Shown piece by piece: positions 39,711-48,982 of a DNA stretch of 64,000 nt. Each line of letters starts with the position of its first letter. Positions within the stretch are counted from its first letter, which is position 1. The notes under the pieces were generated by a model. It was given only the letters and a program-made list of their open reading frames with translations. It was not told the origin of the DNA and made no database searches. The position numbers and the translations under genes are program-made. The stretch spans positions 928,001-992,000 of the forward strand of contig CBDBHB010000009.1 of assembly GCA_965205505.1 (NCBI GenBank). The letters run 5' to 3'. The stretch comes from Acidobacteriota bacterium. Its GTDB lineage: Bacteria; Acidobacteriota; UBA890; WLXD01.

Positions 39711-41003
39711 ATGCCGAGCGGCTTCAGTGGGAGCCTGGCAGCGACCCTATTCGCCGGAGGCGTGCCTGCGGCGCTGGTCTTCGTTGCGTTGCTCACGCTA
39801 CGCTGCCGCTATCCGCTGATGCGGGCACTCGGGCTGCCGTCATCCCTGCTCGCCTTTGCGCTCGGCGTCGCCGTTGCCAACGTGTTGGGCCTTGGCGACA
39901 TGGACCGGGGAGGCGGCGTGCTGGTGGCAACTGTCTGGTTCTTCGTCATCGTGGTGGTGATTCGCGGCGCCACCTACTTCGGCTACGAGGTTCTGCTCAA
40001 GCGTCAATGGGACATCGAGGTGCCGCCGCTGTTGCCGCGCGTCACCCGTTTCTTCATCTACGCCGTATCGGGTGTGATGATCGTTTCGGTGGCGTTTCCT
40101 AATGACAATCTCGGGCCGTTGCTTGCTACCAGCGCGGTTACATCGTTGGTGTTGGGTCTTGCGCTGCAACCGATCCTGACGAACTTCTTCGCCGGTGTGG
40201 TGATCGCGCTCGAACGTCCCTTCCGTATCAACGACTGGATTCAGGTTGGCCCGCATGAGGGGCGGGTAACGCAGATCACCTGGCGGACGACCTCGATCCG
40301 TACGCGCCAGAACGATACGGTTATTTTCCCCAACGCCAACATGGCGCGGGAGACCCTCACCAACTACCTGTATCCGCACCCGCTGCACATGTCGAGAATC
40401 TATGTCGGGGCGCATTTCTCGACGCCGCCACACAAGGTCAAGGCGACGATGCTCGCAGCCGCCAACCAGGTCGAAGGGGTGTTGGATCGGCCGAGCGCCG
40501 AAGTCTACCTATCCAAATTCGACGAAAGCTCGATCACCTACGAGCTACGCGCCTGGGTCGACGACATGGGCCCATTGCGGCGCATCGAAAGCGCGCTACG
40601 CACCCAAATTTGGGAGCAGTTCCGGCGCAACGATATCGTCATCCCGTTCCCGATCCGCACGCTCGAGATCGCGCCGCGGGGTAGCGCGACGCGTGAGCCG
40701 CGCACGCCGCCGCCAGCCAGACTGGTGGTAAGCGAGGGGCCTGGTCGCGGCGACGCGCTCGAGCTTGCCGACGGCGAGGTCGTGGTCGGCCGCGACCCTG
40801 AGTGTGACCTGGTCATATCGGACCCCGCAGCCAGCAAGAGACACTTGAGCATCGTGTGGGAAGATGAGGCGTTCCACGTTCGAGACCTCGATAGCACCCA
40901 CGGCACCCGGCTCAACGGTGAGCCTGTGGACACCGCCCCGTTGAGTGATTTCGACAAGCTGCAGATCGGCGCAGCAACGCTAGTGATCGAGATCGATGAC
41001 TGA
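39711..41003 (+). CDS. MscS family mechanosensitive channel fused to C-terminal FHA domain
   Basis: GLALQPILTNFFAG, ERPFRINDWI, ITWRTT, IPFPIR (MscS); VGRDPECDL..ASKRH..DLDSTHGT.LNG (FHA). Confidence 0.88.
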   Translation: MPSGFSGSLAATLFAGGVPAALVFVALLTLRCRYPLMRALGLPSSLLAFALGVAVANVLGLGDMDRGGGVLVATVWFFVIVVVIRGATYFGYEVLLKRQWDIEVPPLLPRVTRFFIYAVSGVMIVSVAFPNDNLGPLLATSAVTSLVLGLALQPILTNFFAGVVIALERPFRINDWIQVGPHEGRVTQITWRTTSIRTRQNDTVIFPNANMARETLTNYLYPHPLHMSRIYVGAHFSTPPHKVKATMLAAANQVEGVLDRPSAEVYLSKFDESSITYELRAWVDDMGPLRRIESALRTQIWEQFRRNDIVIPFPIRTLEIAPRGSATREPRTPPPARLVVSEGPGRGDALELADGEVVVGRDPECDLVISDPAASKRHLSIVWEDEAFHVRDLDSTHGTRLNGEPVDTAPLSDFDKLQIGAATLVIEIDD

Positions 41004-41913
41004 GCTACCCGAGCAGATTGGTGACTATCGCGTCGAGGCGCGGCTGGACAAAGCCGGGCACAACGGGGTCTACAAAGCGGTCGGCGCGGGTACGCAGGCG
41101 TTGGCCATCAAGCTGTATCCCACCGGGGAGTCCGATGTCCTGCGCGCTCGACGCCTGGAGATCCTGGCGGCCACGAGCGAGCTCGATCAAGAGAACGTCG
41201 CGCGCGTGCTCGACAGCGGCGAGCACGAGGGCCGCGTGTACGCGGTGATGGAATTCGTTCAGGGGTCATCGCTCCGCAAGGTATTGACGCACCGTCGGCT
41301 CGATACGCGCGACGTCATCGAGGTGCTGCGCGGCACCGCCAAAGCACTCGGTCATGCGTACGGCAAAGGCCTGCCTTGCGAGGGCGTCGATTCGGACCGC
41401 ATCCTCGTCCGTGGTGATGGGCACACTGTGAAGGTCATCGACGTCGGCATGCCGATGGTACCGATGGGCATGGATTCGGGCTCTACGGCGACGCTGCATT
41501 CGCTCGGCGCGGTGCGCTACCTGGCGCCCGAGCGTATGGCCCGCCCCGACGATGCCCCGAGCCAAGGCGCGCTGGTGTATTCGTTAGGCGTCGTCGGTTA
41601 CGAGCTGTTGACGGGAACCCTGCCGGTGGGCGGCTTCCGGATTCCGAGCCAGGTGCGCGGCGAGGTGCCGCCGGAGATCGATCCGCTGATTCTTCGGTGT
41701 CTCGCCGAGGACCCGCAGGAGCGCTTCGCCGACCCGCGCGCCCTGGTTGCGGCGCTGGACGATCTCGTATCGCGTGTGCCCGCGCTACAGGCAAGGATCG
41801 GCGATGGAGCTGCTGCACGCGTGCAAGCCACCGCGCGGAACCGCAAGGTACTCTTTGCCGGCGGCGTTGTCGCCGCGTTGGCGATCCTGGTGCTGGCGAT
41901 GCGGGGTTGCTGA
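40996..41913 (+). CDS. Ser/Thr kinase-like protein, probable pseudokinase, with C-terminal membrane anchor
   Basis: LAIK, VMEFV.G, YLAPE, YSLG present; HRDxKxxN replaced by CEGVDSDR; DFG is DVG. Confidence 0.82.
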   Translation: MTELPEQIGDYRVEARLDKAGHNGVYKAVGAGTQALAIKLYPTGESDVLRARRLEILAATSELDQENVARVLDSGEHEGRVYAVMEFVQGSSLRKVLTHRRLDTRDVIEVLRGTAKALGHAYGKGLPCEGVDSDRILVRGDGHTVKVIDVGMPMVPMGMDSGSTATLHSLGAVRYLAPERMARPDDAPSQGALVYSLGVVGYELLTGTLPVGGFRIPSQVRGEVPPEIDPLILRCLAEDPQERFADPRALVAALDDLVSRVPALQARIGDGAAARVQATARNRKVLFAGGVVAALAILVLAMRGC

Positions 41914-41948
41914 TCCGGCGACGTTGAGCCTGTGAGAGAGCCCTCGGC

Positions 41949-44900
41949 TCAGCCCGCGGCGGGATCTCGACGGCCGACGACCACGTCCGCACTCTGCTCG
42001 CCGAGATCGGCCTCGCGACGGTTCCACCAGTTGCTCAACCGCTCCGGGAGTTGCTGAGCGTCGTCGACGATCATGTAGCTGCACGGCACCAGGGCGAGGA
42101 TGACGAAGGTGGCGAAGAGCACGCCGAACGCTAGTGATACGGCCATCGGGATCAGGAACTGAGCTTGCAAGCTCTTCTCCAGGATCATCGGCAACAGCCC
42201 TGCGAAGGTCGTGACCGAGGTCAAAAGGATGGGCCTGAACCGCGCTCGTCCGGCCTCGAGCACCGCGCTCCGAACATTCTCGGTGGTCTCGAGTAGCCGA
42301 TTGACGTAGTCAACCAGGATCAAGCTGTCGTTGACCACCACACCGGCGAGGGCCACGACGCCGAACATCGACAGGATTGTCAGGTCGAGGCCCATGATGA
42401 TGTGGCCCCACACCGCGCCCACGAGGCCGAACGGGATGGCGGACATGATGATCAGGGGCTGCACGTAGGAGCGCAGCGGGATTGCCAGCAGTCCGAAGAT
42501 GGCGATGAGCGCCAGCGAGAAGCCGCGTACCAAGCCTCCCGTGGTTTCACGCTGTTGTGCGGCTTGGCCTTCGAACGAGAAACGGACATCGGGGATCGCA
42601 GCGGCGATCTGCGGCAGCACCGTATCGGCCAAGTCGGCGTTGATGTTTCCCGGGGTAGCGACGGCGCGGTTTACCGATGCGGTAACGCTCACCGCCCGAC
42701 TTCGATCCACCCGTTCGATGGTCGAGTAACCACGACCCGGCTCGACCGTCGCCACCTGGGCGAACGGCACCTCCGCGCCACCCGGCGTGCCGATTCGCAT
42801 CGCCTCGAGATCGCCGATGGAGCGCCGTTGTCGCTCCGGGTACCGCACCATCACTCGCACGTCGTCCCGGCCTCGTTGGATACGCTGGGCCTCCTCGCCG
42901 TAGAACGCCTGTCGCACTTGGCGGCCGAGGTCGGACAGGGTCAGACCGAGGACCTCGGCTTGCGGCTTGATGTCGAGCTTTAGCTCGCGCTTGCCTTCCA
43001 GGAACGTATCGCTGATCCCGTAAACCCCGTCGTAGCCCTCGAGACGATCCTTGAGCATGTCCGCAGCAGCGGTGAGCGTGTCGAGATCGCGGCCGGTGAA
43101 CTGAACGTCGATGTCGTCTCCGGCCGAGAACAACGAGGCCGTGACGTTGACTCGCACGGCGTCAGGGATCGTCCCGGTCAGATCACGCCAGCGGTTCGCG
43201 ACCCACTCGCTGGAGACCGCATTGCGGCTCTCAGCGGGGGTGAGCTCCACGGTCACCTCGGCAAGGTGGGTCGTCGAGCCGCCAATCTCCAAGTCGCCGA
43301 ACCCTGAGCGCTGGGCTGCTTGCATGGGCTGGGCCCCGATCGCCGCGAACGTATGCACGAAGACGTCGACGCCGAACTCGTCGATGATCTCCTGCCGCAG
43401 GCGCTCGGAGCTGTCCTCGATGTGCCGTACGGTCAACGAGGTGACCTCCGCTGGCGTGCCCTGCGGCATCGTCAGCGACACGATGACGAAGTCGGCTTCG
43501 ATATCAGGCATGAAGATGAACCGCACGAAGCCTGCGTTGACCAGGCCCAGGGTAACGAGCAATGTCGCTACACCGACCGCGACGGTGAGATAGCGCCAGC
43601 GCAAGCCGATCTGCAAGGCGGGTTCGTAGACGCTGTCGATGAACCAGTGCAACCCGGCCGTGATCTTGCGCTGGAGCCGGAACCACAGACCGCGCTCGTT
43701 AGCCGTGTGGCGCCGTCGATACGACAGGTGCGTCGGCAGGACAAACAGGGATTCCACCAATGAGAACGCCAAGCACGCGATCACGATGAGCGGCGCGGTG
43801 GACATGATCTTGCCGATCACGCCGGGCACGCCAAGCAGCGGGGCGAACGCAGCCATGCTGGTGAGAATGGCGAAAACTACTGGCTTCGACACCTCGCGGG
43901 CACCCTCGATCGCGGCGCGCAGCGGATCGTCGTGCCGTTCCTGGTGCGTGTAGATGTTCTCGCCCACCACGATGGCGTCGTCGACGACCATGCCGAGTAC
44001 CAGGATGAAGGCGAATAGCGACATCAGGTTCACCGAGACATCCATCGCCGGCATCAACCAGATCGCACCGAGGAAGCTGACCGGGATGCCCAGGCTCACC
44101 CAGAACGCCAACCGCAAGCGCAGGAACAGAGCGAGAGACAGGAACACGAGTGCGAACCCGACGCGTCCGTTTCGAAGCAGCATGTCGAGGCGATCTCGCA
44201 GCACCCGCGACTGATCCTGCCAGGTGGTCAGCGTGATTCCCTCCGGCACCCAGAGGCGCGCGCTCTCGACGTAAGACTTTCACGAGCATCGCCGGTTTGC
44301 CATCGAAGCGTGAGATCTGGTCGGTGTCGGCGAAGGCGTCCACCACGGTGGCGACATCGCCTAGCTGCAGGTGGGTTCCATCCGGCCGCGTCAGCAGCAC
44401 CAGCCTGGTGAACTGATCCCCCGTATATGCCTGGCCCATCGTGCGCAGCAGGATCTCGCCGCCGGCGGTCTTGACCGAGCCCCCGGGCAGGTCGATCGAA
44501 GAGCGTCGCACCGCGTTGGCGATGAAGTCGAAGGTGATGCCGTGCCGGCGCAGGGAATCTTCGGAGACTTCGATCGTCACCTCGTAGGGGCGCGCGTTGG
44601 CAACCTCCACCTGAGTGATCTCGGGCAACGCTGCAATCTCGTCGCGCACGCGTTCGGCCAGGTGCTTGAGCGAGAGCTCGTCGGTGTCGCCGAAGATCGC
44701 CACGTCGACCACCTGCCGACGGTTCGTGAGCTCGCGAATAATCGGCTTCTCGGTTTCCTGTGGGAAGGTCTCGATGGCATCGACGCTGGTCTTGATATCG
44801 TCGAGAACCTTGCGCGCGTCGGCGTCGATCTCGAGCTCGATCATGACCGTGCCGATGCCCTCGGCGGCCGTGGAGGTCAGCTTCTTGATGCCGTCGACGC

Positions 44901-45120
44901 CCTGGACCGCCTCCTCGATGCGTACGTTGACTCCCTGTTCGACCTCTTCGGGTGCGGCCCCCAGATACGGCACGGTTACCTGGATGAGGTCGAGGGCGAA
45001 CTCGGGGAACACCTCCTGCGGGACATTGCTGACGGTCATCAGACCCGCGCCGAGCACGAACGCCATGAGCAGGTTGGCAGCGACGCGATTGCGAGCGAAC
45101 CAGCCGATCGCGCCGTTCAT
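41949..45120 (-). CDS. RND (AcrB/AcrD/AcrF) efflux permease, interrupted near 44275
   Basis: N-part 45120-~44275 and C-part in another frame; GMVVDDAIVVGEN, RFRPILLTS; may be a pseudogene or an assembly error. Confidence 0.88.
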
Positions 45121-46207
45121 CGGCCTAGCTGGCCGGCGCCCGTCTGTTCGGTGGCCCGCGAATCGACACGCACCACCATGCCGTCGGTCACCGCATCCAA
45201 CGCCGACAGCACCACCTGCTCGCCAGCATGCAGCCCGGATCGAACCACGAGAGTGTCACGCGTGGCACGCAGGATCTTGATTTCGCGGAAGCGCAGGCGC
45301 TGTTGCTCATCGACGACGAGCACGCGGCCGTCAACACGCACCGCTGCGCGAGGTAGCAGCACGACATCGCTGGCGATCGCACCCTCGATCTCGGCATGCA
45401 CGTACATGCCCACCGCGAGCGGCGGGCGCTGTGGATCAGCGCCGCGCCCGTACGGATTCCGCACCTGGGCAACGGCATGGACCATGCGGCTCGATGGGTC
45501 GATCTCGCCTTCCGTTCGTACCAGGCGCCCCTGCCACTCGTGTGTCTGGCCGGCGAACTCGGCGCGCACCGTCACGCGCGGCCCGGCGCGCTGAGACTCC
45601 CCTCGATATACCAGTGGCAGCTCCGCCAGGAAGGCGAGCTCGCCGTCGGGCAACGGTAGCCGGATCTCGGCGAAGTCGATAGCGTAGATCGATCCCACGG
45701 CTGTCCCGGCGGCAACGAACTGGCCGACGTCGACTGTCTTTTCGCGCACGCGGCCGGCGTAAGGCGCGCGTAGCTCTGTGCGTTCGAGGTTGCGTTCCGC
45801 TTGCCCCAGGTTGGCTTCGGCCGCCGCTAACGCGGCGCGGGCATTCTCCAGCTGCGGCACGTGGGCGGTCAATGCCGACGCGGTGCCGTTGCCCAGCTGT
45901 TGCCATTCGCGCACCGCGATCTCGGCCTCTGCCTGCGCTTGCGCCTGGCGCAGCCCGGAGGCTGCAACCTCGGCGCGAGCGCGAATGCGAGCTTGCTCGT
46001 AGTCGTGCGCATCGATGCGCAACAGCGGCGCGCCGGCCTCGAAAAAGCCGCCGGATACGAAATCAGGCGATACCCATACCACTTGTCCAGAGACCTCGGG
46101 CACAACGCGGCTCTCGGTCCGCGGGCGCACGCGGCCGCCGCCCCGGCGATGGCGAGCACGAGGATCGGCAGTGTGATCTTCAGCACGGTGGCGACCTTGC
46201 GGCTCAT
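45117..46207 (-). CDS. RND periplasmic adaptor (MFP), frameshifted/deleted near 46132
   Basis: TM leader MSRKVATVLKITLPILVLAIAG in one frame; VRPRTE..EVSGQV, LRAPYAG in another. Confidence 0.85.
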
Positions 46208-46209
46208 CG

Positions 46210-46488
46210 CTAGTGTCCTGTAACAGAGGTTCGTTGCATATTGCTGGGTCGAGATGGGGGCAAGCTCAAGGCGCGATGAGGATGGCGATGCGGTGCCCAT
46301 CGTCGACGAATCGCAACGCTGAGATTGCCCCCATATCGACCCAGCCCTCCGGGTGGCCGCGGGACTGGCCACCTCCGGCGTCGGCCCTCCTCTGCGATAC
46401 CCTCAGCATCGCCGTCGTCGAGCCTCCTTGGTTTCGACTCAGTCGCGCGCGCCACAATATGCAACGAACCTCTGTTACAGGACATTAG
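46210..46488. mobile_element. MITE-like element 3 (perfect 30-bp TIR, ctag/ttag flanks, two internal hairpin modules)
   Basis: tgtcctgtaacagaggttcgttgcatattg 46214-46243 and its exact reverse complement 46455-46484. Confidence 0.9.
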
Positions 46489-47942
46489 CTCTCCGAAGGG
46501 AACTCGGTCGAGGTGGTTGTGGTCTCGGCATAGCCGCGGTCGACGTGGAATCCACCGCCCAGTGCCAGGTACAGATCAACACGGTTGTCGAGGCGCTGGC
46601 GGCGCGCGGCGAGCAACGCGCTCTCGGCGTCGAAGGTGCGGCGTTGCGCCTCGAGCACGGGGACATAGCCTTCCAGACCGTTTCGGTAGCGCTCGTTGGC
46701 GAGACGCTCGGCGGCGCCGGATTGCTCCGACGCAACTTCTAGCTGGCCCACCTGGTCGGCTAGCAGCGTCTCCGCTGCGAGCGTGGATTCGACCTCGGCA
46801 TAGGCGAGCAGCGCTGTACCCACATAGGCGGCGGCAGCCTCGTCGATGCCGGCCTGTGCCACATCGACTCCAGCGCGCAGCCGGCCGCCCTGGAGCAGTG
46901 GCGCCACGAGGTTGCCAACCAGGCTCCATACCGAAAAATCACCCTGCACCAATTTACCCAGCTGGTTGGTCGATGTCCCACCGGACGCAGTCAGGCTCAG
47001 TCGCGGATACAGCGCAGCGCGTGCTCCGAGGAGCCGCTGGTCAGCTACTACGAGCCGGCGCTCGGCGGCAGCCAGGTCGGGCCTGCGCGCAACCAGATCC
47101 GCCGGCAGCCCAGACGGCACCTGGGCAGGCGCGTCGATGAGCGCTGCCGGGAACTCGAACTCGCCGCCGGGATAGATCCCGAGCAGCACTTGGAGCTGGC
47201 GGCCGGTAGCGTCCAGTTGCTGGTGCCGAGCCAGCAACGTGGCGCCGGCGCCGGCGGCCTGCGCCATCGCCAGCCGTAGATCAAGCGGCGGGCGAACGCC
47301 GCGTTCGAACCGCGCGCGTACCTGTTCGACCGAGCGTGTGAAGCTGAGTACGGTACGCGTTGCGAGATCGACCTGCTGTTGGGCCTCGGCCACCGCGAAC
47401 CAGGCCTTGGCGGTCTGTGCGGCGATCGAGAGTAGAGCGCCAGCGTAGTCGGCTTCGCTAGCCTGGTAGGTGGCGAGGCCCTCCCGGGCCTGGGCGCCGA
47501 GGCGGCCCCAGAGGTCGACCTCCCACGACAGGTCGAGCGACACCCCGTAGTTGGTCGATGTGGTGCTGAGAACGCGGTTGTCGCTGCCGGGAATCGGGAA
47601 GCCGACGAAGTTCTGCTTGCGGCGCGTAGCCAGGGCGCTGGCTCCGAGCTGCGGGCGCAGATCAGCGTCGGCGATTCGCGCGGTGGCCTCGGCGCCCGCC
47701 ATGCGTGCGGCAGCGGCGAGGACATCGGTGTTGTGCTGAAGCGATCGTTCCACCGCCGCCGTCAGGCCGCGTTCGCTAAAGTCCAACCACCAGCTGGCAC
47801 TGACGTCGATGGGCTCAGCAGGCGCCCGGTCGCCGAACGCCGCGGGCAACGGGAGAGCCGTCGTTGGCTTGGCGGCGTTGGGGGTGGAGACGCAGCCGAC
47901 GCCAGCGAGGAGGACGACAGCGGCGCTGGCGGCTCGATTCAT
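46485..47942 (-). CDS. Outer membrane efflux lipoprotein (NodT/OprM/TolC family)
   Basis: GVGC lipobox, SWEVDLWGR, RRPDLAAAE, LYLALGGG. Confidence 0.92.
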   Translation of the reverse strand: MNRAASAAVVLLAGVGCVSTPNAAKPTTALPLPAAFGDRAPAEPIDVSASWWLDFSERGLTAAVERSLQHNTDVLAAAARMAGAEATARIADADLRPQLGASALATRRKQNFVGFPIPGSDNRVLSTTSTNYGVSLDLSWEVDLWGRLGAQAREGLATYQASEADYAGALLSIAAQTAKAWFAVAEAQQQVDLATRTVLSFTRSVEQVRARFERGVRPPLDLRLAMAQAAGAGATLLARHQQLDATGRQLQVLLGIYPGGEFEFPAALIDAPAQVPSGLPADLVARRPDLAAAERRLVVADQRLLGARAALYPRLSLTASGGTSTNQLGKLVQGDFSVWSLVGNLVAPLLQGGRLRAGVDVAQAGIDEAAAAYVGTALLAYAEVESTLAAETLLADQVGQLEVASEQSGAAERLANERYRNGLEGYVPVLEAQRRTFDAESALLAARRQRLDNRVDLYLALGGGFHVDRGYAETTTTSTEFPSES

Positions 47943-48634
47943 CGGGAAGGTGCCTTCGCCGCCGCCGCGGCGCCATCGAGCGTTCCGAGGGGCACTTCGG
48001 AGTCCGCTGGCGCGCGCATTCCGGCAGCGGCGAACGCGACCAGCGAGTGGAGCACCTCGTCGGTCTGCGGCTCCGCCGTCGAACAGAGGCTGGGGATGTG
48101 TTGGCACCAGCAGAAGGTGTGCGCCAGTGAGCCAATGCAGTAGTGCATGCGGCGCGTGATCTCGTAGGAGCTCACCGTGGGCAACACGCGCGCGAGGGCG
48201 TCATGGAAGCGCTCGCGAACGGTCTCGAACTGCTGCAGGAAGAGCTCGTGGATCGAGTGGGTGGGGTCGGCATAGACGCGGCTGACTACTCGCATGTAGC
48301 GCTCGCCGGCGCCGCCCGACTCGTGGCGCATGTGGAACGGCGGCTCCAACCAGGCCCAAAGGATCTGCTCCAACGACACCGGGCGCTCGCCGCCTTCGGC
48401 CTCGAACCCTGAGAGCATCTCTAGTCGGCGGTCGTTCATGGGTCGGAATCGGCGCTCGAACACTGCCGCTAGCAACGAGTCCTTGCTGCCGAAGTGATAG
48501 TTGACGGAGGCCAGGTTGGCGTTGGCCAGGGCGGTGACGTCGCGTAGCGATGTCGCGGTAATGCCCTTGTCACCGAACAGTTGCTCCGCTGCGTCAATCA
48601 GGCGGTCCTTCGTGGTCGTCGCGTTCGTGGTCAT
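47939..48634 (-). CDS. TetR/AcrR family regulator (PsrA-like)
   Basis: TKDRLIDAAEQLF, NLASVNYHFGSK HTH. Confidence 0.92.
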   Translation of the reverse strand: MTTNATTTKDRLIDAAEQLFGDKGITATSLRDVTALANANLASVNYHFGSKDSLLAAVFERRFRPMNDRRLEMLSGFEAEGGERPVSLEQILWAWLEPPFHMRHESGGAGERYMRVVSRVYADPTHSIHELFLQQFETVRERFHDALARVLPTVSSYEITRRMHYCIGSLAHTFCWCQHIPSLCSTAEPQTDEVLHSLVAFAAAGMRAPADSEVPLGTLDGAAAAAKAPSR

Positions 48635-48712
48635 CGCGTCCGTGGGGCATGTCTGCCGCCTGGGCTCTTGTTTGCCGGTGGCGGTACACTGGGAGAGCTC
48701 GGTCGATCCAGC

Positions 48713-48741
48713 TCGAACGTTCGTATGAATCATACGTATGA
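48713..48741. promoter_or_regulatory. Overlapping palindromes, candidate TetR operator
   Basis: cgtatga-a-tcatacg (48722-48736), tcatacgtatga (48730-48741) and tcgaacgttcgtatga, about 80-110 bp upstream of tetR. Confidence 0.6.
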
Positions 48742-48879
48742 GCGGAAGGCCGGGCAAGTCGTTCGCCTGCCGAGGCCGGCGGCGGCAGAAAGCAGCGCGG
48801 CGGTGCACGGCGCTACAGCGTGGCGACTGTGCGACTCGTCGCTGCGGCGGACGGAGCGACGGCAATCGCCGGCGCGAAA

Positions 48880-48909
48880 TGAAACGTCGGCCGCTGAAGC
48901 TGCGTCTAA
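48880..48909 (+). promoter_or_regulatory. Candidate ECF sigma-type promoter
   Basis: TGAAAC-N17-CGTCTAA upstream of the ABC ATPase gene. Confidence 0.5.
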
Positions 48910-48982
48910 CTTGGCAGGGTCGAGTGAGTTTCGCGGCGAGCGACCAGCCTACCGGCGCTCCGCCGCTTCCACGGAGGATCCG

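Noticed and set aside
46210-46488. Two mirror-image 91-aa ORFs both beginning MSCNRGSLHI
   Set aside because: Artefact of the perfect TIRs of element 3; no coding evidence
36227-46488. Repeats as a CRISPR array or integron attC sites
   Set aside because: They are not tandem direct repeats with spacers, lack RYYYAAC/GTTRRRY ends, and no cas or integrase gene is present
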